A stretch of DNA of 61,056 nucleotides, filler included, from 8 parts of 8 records of this genome joined end to end with filler, not necessarily neighbours in it; one strand, 5' to 3'; numbered from the whole stretch's first letter, positions 38,601-50,407 are shown. The notes: generated by a model from the letters alone, not told the origin. A program made the numbers and translations.

Positions 38601-39271
38601 GTCATCCGCATTCTTCCCAGTGAGCCGCGACACCCGGAACTCACACCAGCGCTTGATTTCCTTCTCCCACTGTTCCTGCGGCCAGACCTCGGCTAGTGCC
38701 ACTGGCCGCAAGGCACCGACAGGCTGGCCGGTACCACGATCAGCGCCGGCGGGCCAGTCTCAGACCGGCTGTCCTGCGGACCCCCTACCTTTCCGAACAC
38801 CACCGCCAGAAAGACGATAGTCTGGACAGTCTTGCCTGTGCGCGCATCTCAGGCGAGCGTGGCAGCGGGCGGCACCGAGCCCCATGTCATCCCCGAGGAT
38901 CCCGCCCATATCGTTGCAGTACCGTTCGTACAGCCAGGACACGCCTGGGCCGGGCTCAGCAGCGGGGGGGCGGCCGGCGCACCCTCGCGCTGGTACTTGC
39001 GAAGGAACTGGTTCATGTTGGCTGGGATGGTACCCACTGGCCGCACCTTGGGGATCTGGTAGCTGCATCAGCTGGGGTCACACCGGCCCGCGTCCAGCCA
39101 TCACCTCTCCCGGGTCTCGCGGAACGGGGTGTTGTACAGGGCGGGCAGGTGATACTCGGCCGGCGCCTTCAGCTCCGGGTCCGGGACGGGCTCGATGGCA
39201 GGACCGTCCTCCTCCGCCCCGGCGCCGTCCGACTCAGAGCCCGGTTCGCTTCCTTCCAGCAACCAGTCCAT
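35665..39271 (-). CDS. ERCC6L2: SNF2-family helicase ERCC6L2/SWITCH2-like with C-terminal P-loop kinase (AAA_33-like) domain
   Basis: [53 protein letters not shown] and [10 protein letters not shown], then [12 protein letters not shown]...ISQD...[16 protein letters not shown]...RLEHPTL. Confidence 0.88.
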
Positions 39272-39305
39272 GTCTCGATTGTGAGCGAGAATCGAGAGAC
39301 CCACA

Positions 39306-40305
39306 ATGGCGCGCACCAGTCAGCCGACTCTGGTGGTGCGGGACACCACGCCGAGCGGGGTGGCGGTGATCGAGTTCAACCGCCCGAACAAGTTCAACTC
39401 CTTCCGGTGCCTTGCCCGCGGCGGGACCTCGAGCCTCGGGGTAGGGAGCAGGAGACCGCGCTGCTTAACCAGTTACTGCGCCAGTGCTCTGCAGATCCAG
39501 CCGTGAAGGCGGTGGTGCTGACTGGCCGGGGCAAGTACTACTGTGCCGGAGCCGATTTTGCGGCCGCCACCAAGGGCCTAAACACGATCAGGCTCTCCAC
39601 CGTCCGGCAGCGCATCGCCGACTATAACGAGGGGGTGTGCTATCACGCTCGAGTGGCTCCGAGCACTCGGCTGGACAGGTGTTTGAGACTTACCTTTCGT
39701 TCCCGAAGCCGATCGTCGCCGCCGTGAACGGCCCAGCCGTTGGGATGGGGGTCACCACCGCTAGCCTGACCGACATGATCGTGGCGAGCCCTACAGCCAG
39801 CTTCCACACACCATTCGCCGCACTGGGACTCTCTGCTGAGGGCTGCTCCTCGTTCACGTTTCCCCGGAAGCTCGGAGTGGCCAACGCGGAGGTGGGCTGT
39901 TCGGCCGGCCGACGGGCGATTGGTCGCAGCGGATGATCCGCGATGGCGAGAAGGTGGACGCGGAGACTGCACTCCAGATGGGGCTGGTCGGGATGGTTGT
40001 GCCCCAGGAGAGGCTGGTGGAGACGGCCATCCAGGCGCTCGCCGCCCGAGCGTGGAGCTCACGGGGGGCAGGTGGCCAGTGAGCTGGCAGAGTCGGGCCG
40101 TGGGCGGAGCTGGGCCGATGAGCCGGGGCTGCTGGAGAAGCTTCGAGAGGTTAACCACAGCGAGAGCCTGGCGATCGGCGAGGCTTCCACCAGCGCCAGG
40201 TTCTTCGAGATCCAGATGCGTAATGCCGCGGCCAAGGGGAACACGCAAGGCGAGTGGATGTGGTGGTCTATATTCAAGCTTCGGCCACTCTTCGCCCGGT
40301 TGTGA
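39306..40305 (+). CDS. Enoyl-CoA delta isomerase (crotonase family, ECI2-like), peroxisomal
   Basis: [34 protein letters not shown] and [16 protein letters not shown]-terminal ARL is a PTS1-type tripeptide. Includes GC-AG intron 40035-40071. Confidence 0.88.
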
Positions 40306-40566
40306 GCGTGCGTCTGATTGGTTAGTGTACAGTGAGCTGGAGTTGTGCGCGTGACCCGTTAAGATTGCTTATGAGTAATGAAAGATAACTAGATGAAATT
40401 CATATGTAGATCTACGGTACCTTATGATTACTCTGCAGCTGCCTCAGCCTGACGCCTACAAACAAGCGTTAGCTCGATCAACCGCATCTGCAAGCGGCGC
40501 GGCTCGAGCTTGCCAGCGCGTTCACGCGAGTAGGGTAGGAGTCAGCGGGGAAGCCGTAGCAGCCAG

Positions 40567-42777
40567 ATGGCGAGCGGCAAGGCGCTGATCCGGGTGTACT
40601 TGTGCGACGGGAGCGACCGGTGCACCGCCCTGGCCACGCGAGCCCGGCGAGCCAGGCGGGCAGCGAAGAGGAGATAAGCACCGGCGCGGACGCGGGGGCC
40701 CTGGCCGCGCAGATCGGGCGGGAGCTCGGGCTGCAGGACCTCGCGTCGTTCGGCATATTCCGAACGGCCCAGATGGAGGGTGTCGGCCGGGCCGTCTCGG
40801 GCCAGCCGGGGGGCAGAGGAACGGAAAGTGGGTCTGTTTAAGATGACGAAAGAGGTCCGGAAGATCACGGCGGAGGTGCTGCTCCGGGACCAGGAGCAGG
40901 TGCTGCCGTTCGCACGGGACAAACTCGTGTACAAGTCGCCCGGCCTGTGGGGCTCGCCGAGCTGGGGGCGCAGGAAGCGGCTGCACAGAGCGGGGGAGGC
41001 GTTGGAAATGAGGCCGGACAAGACGCACATCCACATGCTGTACATCCAGGCGATCCAGGCGGTAGTGCGCGGGGAGAGTCCAGCCTCGCTGGACGGGGCT
41101 GCTAAGCTGGCTGGGCTGCACACGCACGCACAACCAGACAGCGACGGGGCACCGAGGTGCAGCTGCCTGGCCGCCGAGCCTGATTCGAGGAGCAGTTCTC
41201 GGTGGATGCAGCACCTGCTGCCGCCGAATGTGGCCCCCAAGACCTCGCCAGGCGCCTGGTGCCGATCGGGGCGGGGCTGGGCTCAGTCGGGTGCAGGGAA
41301 CGGAAACTCACCTCAGAGCTTGAGGCAGCTCAGCACTTTTCGAGGGTGTGCAGCTCTCCGCCAGGCTGCAGTGTGGGCTCGGCAGGAGGAGGCCGAGTGG
41401 CGCTGCCTGCAACTGTGTGAACGGCTGCCGCTCTACGCCACGGAGTCGTTTGGCGCCAACAAGGCAGCTCAGTGTGAGGGTGCGGGTGAGACACAAGTGG
41501 CAGGTGAGGAACGACCCGAGTGGCAAACTTGATTCCGTGGTCGGCATTGCGGTGGGCGGCACCGGTGTGCAGCTATTTGACGAGTCGAACCGGGTGCTTC
41601 GCTTGCCGCGCATACGGTGACCGGCCCGGGCAGATTGCCACTCTCACGCTTGCATTCGACACAATTGTTGACAGCACAGTGGCTAACAGCTCCACGAAGC
41701 GTGGGTGGCCAAGCTGTTGCTGACGGCTGACTGGCGGGCAGCTGGCAAGCTGGACTGGAGCCTGACAGTGCAGCCGCATCCCAACACTAGCTCCGTCAAC
41801 TACCTGTTCGAAGTGCCGCGAATACACGAAGTGCACCAACTTGTAGAGCTATACCGCAAGCGCGGGGCGGCTCATGTGGTCCCAGTAGCCCCGCAGCCAG
41901 CCAGACCAGCTGCAGCCGAGCTGCCAAGCTCTCCGCTCTCCATAGGCTCGGATGAGGGTTATAACTGGGAAAACGACCCGGAGCTGCTTTCGGATTTATC
42001 AGATTTTTCAGACGATGAAGAGTCTCCAGAAACGCTCGAGTCGATGGAACGTAGCCGCCGCCGCCTGGGGGCTCGGGCTGACTGGCCGGGCAGTATCCAA
42101 GCTGCGTGTGGGATACTGGCATGCCAGTCACCAGTTGTCACAGGTACGGGTGCAGCGATGGCAGCTTCAGGCTGCCAAACTGAAGCGCGAGTCGCCCACC
42201 AAGCCGGAGGAGACAGATCCGAGCGCCCAACTGTGCGTGGCGGTGGAGCTGGGCTGACGGTGTGGGCAGCTTAATGCAGCGCAAGCAGCTGATTGAAGAT
42301 GCACAGCGACAGCTGCAGGCCAAGGCAAGCCTGGCCGAGACTGCATTAAATACCAGCGTGGAAGCCGCGCCAATCGCTGCCGCCACTTCAATCCGCTCGC
42401 TGATTTCCTCTCTCCGTTTGGGCGAGGCTGCTCCTGGAGAGGAGTCAAGCGAGGCAGCCCCATGGGCGAAGGTTGGAGTGGTCTCCAGTCTGGTTCGGCG
42501 GACGGCGCTGCTCAATTGGGGCTTCTCTTGCTGGAATAACACGACCGCCTCTGAGCTCCTCAAGGTGCCCTAGCCAATCTGCGAGCTGCTGAGCCTAGCG
42601 GGGCAGCGTCAACACGCGTATCAGGCAGATTCAGCCTCCCGGATGCGACAGGAGGCGATACAGCAGGCGCAACAGGCACTCAAGGTATCGACCGAGCTGC
42701 TAGACCACAAGCAAAAAATCCTTGCTCGCGAGCTAATCAGGCTGCGTAAAGCTCACGGTATGAGTGGCTCTGAATGA
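40567..42777 (+). CDS. FERM-domain protein with helical, possibly I/LWEQ-like C-terminus
   Basis: IRVYLCDGS...IGRELGL...FGIF, HMLYIQAIQAVVRG...AAKLAGL, CLQLCERLPLYATESF and IAVGGTGVQLFD correspond to FERM F1-F3 lobes. Many ~40-nt introns. Confidence 0.75.
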
Positions 42778-43126
42778 ATGAACTAAGCAAACGGTGCTTA
42801 CTGATCGGGTTGAGGTGTTGTGTATCACTTGATTGTTTACATGGCATTGTACCCTGATAGTTAGCATCTGAATTCGATAAGATTTTACTTTGACATACAT
42901 GTAAATTTGATATTTACAGACCTCTTACTAGAGATCTTGTCAATGGGATCATCACTCGCTGATCATGCCATTGGCATATTAATGTCATGATTGTAATATT
43001 GTACGTACATGTACATACTCGTACATGTACATGTAATAATAATTACACGTATGTACGAAATCTGCGCATCGGTTCATTTAAACAAATGGCGTTATTCTCG
43101 GTGCTTTATTGCCTCGATGATTAATT

Positions 43127-43986
43127 TTATGTTATGCAACTCGCTTCGTCTTCTGAGTCGAAGTCCTCCTCAGGTAGTGGCCATGGCGCACCGCGTGGGT
43201 TCCCGTGGTTCCCATGGAGAAGCCCTGCCTCCGGACTTGAACTCCACATCGCCATTCCGCCAGGACCAGGCGCGAGCAGCCCGGCGCTCGGCAGGCTATG
43301 CAGCTCATTGTCCGAGACCTCCTTCGCTTTTGAGCTTCGCTCCTTCGACATCTCCACTGGCAACTGCTGCTGACTTACACTAAGCCGATAGATCTGGCCA
43401 TGAAGATCACCAGTAGCCCAGACTTGTTCAGGGAGCTTGGGGACGCCCTTGGCCTCGCTCTGGTCGTACATGCCAAACAGCTCTTCCATCGCCTCCACAA
43501 ACTCTTTGGTGTCCATCTTACCGTCTTGGTCTAAATCAAATGCCTCCACGAGCGCACCAACTTGCTCCTTGGTCATTGTCACCCTCAGCCGCCGGAGCGC
43601 TTTGTGCAATTCGTCGGGCTCAACTGAACCTGAATTGTTCTCATCCATCGCACGGAACAACCTGGCCCATGAGCCAAGCTGGACACCTTTGTACATCGGC
43701 GAGGATCGTACTTGATTGGCCAGCTGTGCCATCGCGAAGTACATGGCCTTGTATCTAGAGATTACCCGTAGGAGCTCATGTCCAGAGTTTCTAGTTGTGC
43801 AGGCAGTGCTTCAACAATTGCTGCCGCCCCGGCGGGATCCAGGCAGCAGTGGTTGAGTACAAGCTTGCGCAATGTGATCCGTGAGGCGGCAATACTGTCC
43901 CCGAGCGCCAGCCCAACAGCTGACCCTAGAGCGTACTGACTCAGCACAAGCTCGGTAAACACATGTAAAAACATGTGTAAAAACAT
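43127..43986 (-). CDS. EF-hand protein fragment preceded by an LRR fragment (5' partial, junction irregular)
   Basis: DENNSGSVEPDEL and DLDQDGKMDTKEF are EF-hands. Upstream LRKLVLNHCCL...LETLDMSS is LRR. No normal-size intron joins them at ~43750-43765. Confidence 0.65.
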
Positions 43987-44086
43987 NNNNNNNNNNNNNN
44001 NNNNNNNNNNNNNNNNNNNNNNNNNNNNNNTTAATTAATTAANNNNNNNNNNNNNNNNNNNNNNNNNNNNNNNNNNNNNNNNNNNN
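43987..44086. other. Artificial contig linker
   Basis: N44-TTAATTAATTAA-N44. Confidence 0.98.
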
Positions 44087-45074
44087 GTCGGCTGAACCGT
44101 CGGCTGAACCGTCGGCCGAGCCAGCGAGCAGTGCCGTGGCTGCAGGCCGGCAAGCCCAGCTGGAGCAGGCCCGAGAGCTCGAGGCGCTGGTGAGCCTGAG
44201 CCTGAGCCAGCCACCCGAGCCGGAGGGCAGCTGCGGCGGAACGGCCAGCTGGAGCAAGCGGACAAGATCGCAGCGCTGCTGGCCGAGGCCCCGGGCGATG
44301 TTTCTGACCAGGCTGTGCCTGAGTGCAAGGCAGCCGGCAGCCGGGGAGGCGTGCCGAGCGTGTGGCAGGTGGAGGAGATCATCCGAGTAAGGAAGGAGCG
44401 AGAGCTGGAGCTGCGGCGGGCAGTCAAGATGGTCGAAACGCTGTTCGGGAGCGGCAAGAAGAAAGAGGCCAACGAGCTGGTCGGAGTGATCGCTGACCTG
44501 GCCGAAGGGATGAAGGCGAGCGCGGAGTGAGCGCAGGGATGAGCCGGTGCGCAGGGAATGGACGAGGCCCATGCGATGGACGGGCTGGATCGGGTGTGCG
44601 CCAAGATCGAGCACCAGACACAGATGCTCGGTGCGCGCGCTAAGCCACTAGGCCAACCGAACTGGGCAGATTCGTATATCAGCCAAGTCGACCAGGCGGT
44701 CCCTGCGAGCACAGCCGACGCTGCGGGCTGGGCCGAGCTGGACGAGATGTGCCAGTTCTTGGATGTGTTCGTCTCAATGCTCGAGAGTCAGTCGGTGAAT
44801 ATCTGGCCTGGTCGGCTGGTGAGCTGATGGGCCCGCAGGCATTGGCCAATGACTGGATCCAGCTGCTCGGATCAGACGAGGCTAAACAGAGCTACTTGGA
44901 CCAACTTTCCAGCACACACGAGGTGCAGCCAGCCGCACCTTAGACTAGCCGAAGGGCTGTTGGCAGGTGATCAAAGCGGCTAAGTGCATCTCTCTCCAAC
45001 TCCAACAGCTGTATGTGTCGATGAAGATCAAGCAAGCTAGGCAAGAGGCGCATCAAGATGAGCCTGCGCCATGA
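44087..45074 (+). CDS. Hypothetical helical protein (5' partial, multi-exon)
   Basis: Exons join through ~39-44-nt introns (GC-AG at 44516-44554) to a TGA at 45072-45074. No family recognised. Confidence 0.55.
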
Positions 45075-45669
45075 TGGATTGCACTTGATGATCTATTGGC
45101 AATCTATCTGGATCCATTGATCACTGTGACACGGTGACATGTACATAATTATGCATGTGATGTACCTTATGCAAACGTACCGTATTGCTATATAGATATC
45201 CAATGTTTGTTTTGCGTGATCTGGTAACTCTGGTTGAACAGGAAGTCCTTGTAAATTAAAAGAGAATTATGAGATCTTAATGAAATCTTGCTAAGACTCA
45301 ACTACCAGGTAGTCAATTCAAACAAATGTCAAACAATCTAGCTTCAATTGAAATGATTTCAACCAATTCTAACCTTTAATCGACGCCTGCGCCAGCTGCT
45401 TCGTCTCGGTCAGGCCGAAATCACCCGAATCACCAGCCATCCCGGGTGCCGTATTAAACGCAATATTCAAACGGGCCGCGCGGATCCTACTCTACCCTAC
45501 TCCCACGCACTCCCGCAGGCCCCACCCGCCACAAAAAAAGTCTGTTGCCGCCACTTTCAACGGTGGATGCCTTTAGGATGCCTTAGCGAAACCCGTGTAA
45601 TGCCTGTAATAATTCATGGCAACGAGATGCAAGCAAACACATACAAACCTGTCGAACAACAGAATATAA

Positions 45670-47435
45670 TTAAACAGCTTGAACCGGCCGTGAGACCGTG
45701 GTTGCATTTCTTCGGAACTCTTTTTCTAATTTCTCGAATTTAGCCTGGGATTCTTTCTCCCAGACTGCATTCGCGAGTGCCACAGAAGCATCATTGGTTG
45801 CCTCTACAGCTTCAAGTCTGCGCTGCCCCTCGAGGGTCACACGGCACAGAATCATGCATTGTGCTTGCTGGTGATATTTCGAGCTGTATAACCCCATCGA
45901 CTGCGCCACTAGCTAATCGAGTTGCCAGGTCCCTGCATTTGGCCTTCGATTCATCCAGCATTATGAGAGCATCCTCAAGGTCTTCTTGTAAGTTGAGCAC
46001 TTGATCCTCGTAATGACGTCGCATCTCATCCATTAATCTATACTGCTCATTCAGCTGCTCCTCGTGTGCCTTTGTCATTGCTGTCATCTCGTCTTCCTTC
46101 ATTTTAGCAAAGCAAAGGGCGTCCAGCTTTGAGAACCAGTATCTTCGTGCAGTGTTGCGCCAGTTAGTCGATGCAAAAACATGTAAGCCTAGTGTCCAGG
46201 ACACGTTTCTGCAGCTCTTCTCCCTGGAGCTTGCCTTGCTTTTCCTCAAGTTTTTGCAGCTGCTGTTCTTGCCCCTCCAATCGCGCTCGGACCTGAACAG
46301 GCTTGCTAGTTTGCTATAGTTTTCATAGTATCACCTGATCAGCTCTCTGTTTTTCTTTGGCTATCCTTGGATAGAAGCTCCAGTAGGCTAGGAGGCTCGT
46401 CAATGAGCTCCGCTCCAGAGAAGCAATTTTATCCTGTTGGACCTGCTGAGCCAGGAAACTTGCAGCTCTCAATGAAGTCTGCAAAGACCACAACTTAGCA
46501 TTATCGGGAAGTCAGTTGACCCTTACAACACTACCAGCCAAGAGAGGAAAGCAAGGATAGGGCGAGGTGCTTACTAGTTCTCTCTGAAGATTGTCTCCCC
46601 GGAGAGTTGCCTGCTCAAGAAGCTCTTTGGAAATCTCTATTTGATTCACAAGTGCATCTCGCTCAAGGATTGCTTCTTGAGCCTCTCTCTTAAGATCTGC
46701 TAATCTCACCTTCTCCTTCCAAGCCCCAAGTCTCACAGCTACCACATTCAACCAAAGTGTTCCCAAACTCCTCTGCAGGCTCCACTTCTGCTTTAAAAAA
46801 CGCACCATAGTGGCTTTCTGGATCAAAAGCTGCCTACTCATTCGTTGATGCGTTGAAACGTTCCAGATGTCACACATGCTTTCGACGTGCTCTACCTCTG
46901 GCTTTGCAGTAATACCAGTCTCTGAAACCTCAATGCGTATAGTCTCCATCTCCTGGTCCTTGACATCCGGTGCATGCTGAGTGGAGCTCTCTGCAGTAAA
47001 CGGTGCAACCATGATCTTTGCATCTCTACAATCCGCTTTTGCCGTGCAGGCCACATCGTGCATTTCTGTCGTTGCCATCACCTCAGCGTCCTGAAAAGCT
47101 ACACAAGCATCCACTGCAATTGTGCACATTTCCACTCGTGTCTCGCATGCCTTATCCAGGAAGACATTCTCATACACCTTGGTGTTTACGGTACCGAGCT
47201 GAGTCTCGACATCGCACATCACCTTGGGTTTCATCAGACCTGCCATTCGTTACGGCTCCAGTCTGGCAAGGCGTCTTACGTGGCATCAGCTGGGGGGTGT
47301 GGTGCAGCTGGTTGTCGCGGGCCACAACCAGTTTGACTTCGCGGGCGACATCTAGCCGGTGCTGTAGCTCGTTCTCGGTAGCGTGTAAGTTCTCCAGAGT
47401 CTGCGCATGTTCTGCTCCTGAGCTGCGTACCTCCT
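45670..47435 (-). CDS. Coiled-coil protein with ~11-aa tandem repeats (5' partial, 3' end uncertain)
   Basis: ORFs 46512-47246, 45812-46249 and 45670-45909 are E/K/Q-rich heptads. The repeat tract reads MHDVACTAKAD-CRDAKIMVAPF-TAESSTQHAPD... Confidence 0.6.
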
Positions 47436-47535
47436 NNNNNNNNNNNNNNNNNNNNNNNNNNNNNNNNNNNNNNNNNNNNTTAATTAATTAANNNNNNNNN
47501 NNNNNNNNNNNNNNNNNNNNNNNNNNNNNNNNNNN
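47436..47535. other. Artificial contig linker
   Basis: N44-TTAATTAATTAA-N44. Confidence 0.98.
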
Positions 47536-48615
47536 TGCTCGCTCAACCCGATCGAGAACGAGGCGGTGGTGGCCGCGCTGCTCGAGCAAGCGGGCGGGGC
47601 GCTCGAGCTCGAGGAGTGCTCACAGGAGCTTCCAGGGCTCAGCCGGCGGCCGGGGGTGACCCACTGGCGGGCCGACCCGGATGTGATGGTGAGCGGCGAC
47701 CGGGGCGCCCAGCGGCTGGAGAGTCTGGGCAAGCTGCCTCCGCTGGCTGACTCTATGCTGCCCCCGAGCAAGCCGATCGGGCTGGAGCGGTGCCTCCGGA
47801 TTGTGCCACACGACCAGGACATGGGCGGCTTCTTCGTGGCGGTTATCCGCAAGCTGGACGCCAGCCGGCCTGTCGGGCGGGAGGTGTCGGCCAGCGACTC
47901 GCTCAAGGCGCTTGCGGGACTCGGGTACAACCCAGCCGCCAAGCAGCAACGCGACCAGTCCAAACCAGCCGAGTACCGCCGGCTGCGCAAGAGTGAGCGG
48001 GCCCGGTGCGGTGAGCAGCTGGGGATCGGCCGCGAGAGTCGGCTGTGGATGGCGAGTGACAGCCGGGTGACTCTAGTCTCGCAGGCGGTCCACAGCGCGC
48101 TGGGAGGCTGGGCGGGTGGAGTGGCGGTGCAGGCCGGGCTGCCGGTGGTCGACGCCGACTGGAGGCTAGACCCGGACGGCGCGCTGTCGCTGCTGCCGCA
48201 CCTGGCTGGCGTGCTCAAGCTGCCGCCTGCCGACATGCGCTGGCTGCTCAGCAGGGTGGCCGGGCCGGACTGCCCCCCGCTCCAGCTCTCCGAGTGTGCT
48301 GAGCACCTCAGCCAAGAGAGCGGGGCAGCCCTGGCACAGCTGCCGGTCGGCCGGTGCGCTGCGCTGGTGCTGGCTGCGCACCCGAGTGTGGACCGGGCCG
48401 GCTGCACTGGCAAGCAACGGATCTCCAAGGCTGAGAGGAAGCGGATCAAGAAGAGCGGGGCGGCCCGGCCAGCTCGCCTGGAGGGCAGCGCGCCCGAGGC
48501 CGGCTCGGTCGAAGGGCTGGTTGTGGTGGTGCAGAGGGAGGATCAAGCACTGGCAATCGTCACGCAGCTAGATCGGATGTGCAGTTTCCACGAGGCGCTA
48601 GAGATGTTATCGTGA
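47536..48615 (+). CDS. RNA cytosine-C5 methyltransferase, NSUN2/Trm4-like (C-terminal part)
   Basis: CSLNPIENEAVVAALL (motif VI Cys) and CLRIVPHDQDMGGFFVAVIRK. Confidence 0.85.
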   Translation, partial: CSLNPIENEAVVAALLEQAGGALELEECSQELPGLSRRPGVTHWRADPDVMVSGDRGAQRLESLGKLPPLADSMLPPSKPIGLERCLRIVPHDQDMGGFFVAVIRKLDASRPVGREVSASDSLKALAGLGYNPAAKQQRDQSKPAEYRRLRKSERARCGEQLGIGRESRLWMASDSRVTLVSQAVHSALGGWAGGVAVQAGLPVVDADWRLDPDGALSLLPHLAGVLKLPPADMRWLLSRVAGPDCPPLQLSECAEHLSQESGAALAQLPVGRCAALVLAAHPSVDRAGCTGKQRISKAERKRIKKSGAARPARLEGSAPEAGSVEGLVVVVQREDQALAIVTQLDRMCSFHEALEMLS

Positions 48616-48725
48616 GCGATTAGGAGACTTGTACTCATAGCAAACATAGACCTATATGATAAGTCGTATAACCCCAATCGTACTGTGTTTAACTTTACAC
48701 GCACATTCGTTATGTATTCATCATG

Positions 48726-49508
48726 TCAGGATACCACAGCTTGGGCGTCTGACTCACTGGATGGGACAGAGCCGTGGCTGGAGGTCTCGTCCGAATCGAT
48801 TACCCGGGCCCCGCCGAGCTCGAGCTCATCCGCCACCACTGTGGGGCCCCCGCCATACAGTTGCCGCAGCAGCAGCCAGCCCTTGCGTGATAGACCCACC
48901 ACTGGCTGCCCGGCCAGCTCGCCTTCCCGGAGCAGCCCATGGTTGGTGATCGGCCCCGGGTGCTCCCCGCCGGCCAGCCAGCCCTCCCAGGCCCGGAGCC
49001 ACCCCCGGTGAATCAAGTACCACGGCTGGCCGGCCGGTCGATCGTACGGCCTAACGAACTCGAACATCTCCTTCTGCCGGAACCTTTTCTCTCTCTGTTT
49101 CCAGGCGGCGCTCCGGGCCCCGCCGGCCCACTGCTCCATAAGCCGCTCGCAGCCCCTGCACCGAGCCACCGCAGCCCAGATCTCCAGCTGAGGTATGCTC
49201 GATGGCCGCCCGAGGCAGCTCGGGCAGAACAGCAGCCCGCACAGTCCGCACGGAGTGTGCCGGACCGGCAGCTGGGCTGGCGCCTCGCACAGTCCACAGG
49301 CCGGCCGGTCGAGCCGCATAACGGCCCGGCGGCCCCGGTCGAGCTGGCCGAACACCCGGGCCCGGTGCCGGCGGGCCCACCGACCCACCCGCGCCTCCAC
49401 CGCCCCGTCCACCGCCTCCTCGCCCAGTGCTGGCTCCTGGGCGGCCACCGGCTCCCGCGGGGTCGGCTGCCCGGAGCGCGGCCCGCAGCACGACCGGCCA
49501 ACCCCCAT
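48726..49508 (-). CDS. FYVE-like zinc finger + DUSP domain protein
   Basis: CGLC...CGLCGLLFCPSC...RCRGC zinc finger, then WYLIHRGWLRAW...PGPITNHGL...WLLLRQLYGGGP, the DUSP (domain in USPs) pattern. MGVGRSCC N-terminus. Confidence 0.75.
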   Translation of the reverse strand: MGVGRSCCGPRSGQPTPREPVAAQEPALGEEAVDGAVEARVGRWARRHRARVFGQLDRGRRAVMRLDRPACGLCEAPAQLPVRHTPCGLCGLLFCPSCLGRPSSIPQLEIWAAVARCRGCERLMEQWAGGARSAAWKQREKRFRQKEMFEFVRPYDRPAGQPWYLIHRGWLRAWEGWLAGGEHPGPITNHGLLREGELAGQPVVGLSRKGWLLLRQLYGGGPTVVADELELGGARVIDSDETSSHGSVPSSESDAQAVVS

Positions 49509-49602
49509 CGGCCCCCGGCTTTTAGGAGATCGGGGCTAGCTGCTCGCCCCTGCCAACTTGTCAATCGAGCGTCCGATTCCGTGTAGATCTAGTGCCGCCA
49601 CC

Positions 49603-50028
49603 ATGTACCGCGCGCTGGGTTCAGGCTTGGTGAGCTGCTGGGCAGGGGGGATGCCAAGAAAGTGTCGTTCAAGATCACGCTCACCTCGGACCCCAAGCTG
49701 CCGTTCAAAGTGTAGCCCGGCCGCCGCCCGCCCCCGCCCATCGGCCGCAGGGTCAGCGTGCCCGAGGAGGCCCCGTTCACCGCAGTGATCAAGTACGTTG
49801 CCGAGGAGGTGCCGGGCCGGTCGGGCGGCCAACCAGCTCGGGCAGTTCTCAGTCAAACCGGAGACCAGCGCGGTGATCACCAACGAGGGCCGCACTTTCA
49901 ACCCCTCGCAGACCGCCGGTGCCGGCTGGTCTAAGTCTGGTGGCGGCTCACCGGCTGCAGGCAACGTCTTCCTCAAGCATGGCTCCGAGCTGCGGCTCAT
50001 CCCACGGGACCGGGTCGGCGGGCACTAG
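49603..50028 (+). CDS. UFM1: Ubiquitin-fold modifier 1, 5 exons
   Basis: Spliced [88 protein letters not shown]. The first intron (49605-49645) splits the ATG. Confidence 0.96.
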
Positions 50029-50407
50029 AGCTGCCGATAGCGCCAGGCATCGAATAAACGGCTTCCCATAGCATCGACCAGCGCCCACAGCCGGCTCGTG
50101 TGCCGTGCCTTGCCCATTGGCGTGCGCGGCTGAACGCTCGAGCTCCTGGATCTAGCCGCTTGGCACGCTGCATTGCCGCAAACAGCTTCGTCCTATTGAG
50201 TACAGTTGCATCCCGTTGAGTCGCTTTGTCGCTGCAGTACGATCGAGTACAATCATGATCATGTACTCGTACGTCATGATCATGAGCGTTCCAGCATCAC
50301 TGTAAACTTACATCAAGTTTGTACGAGTACGTATATGAATGATTCAGATTCTGTATGTATCTAATGTAGTATGTCTTCTGTGTATACACGTGTATTGTCG
50401 CTATACT

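Noticed and set aside
45552-45595. ACTTTCAACGGTGGAT resembling the 5' end of 5.8S rRNA
   Set aside because: The similarity is only about 16 nt. The conserved GATGAAGAACG core does not follow and there is no rDNA context.
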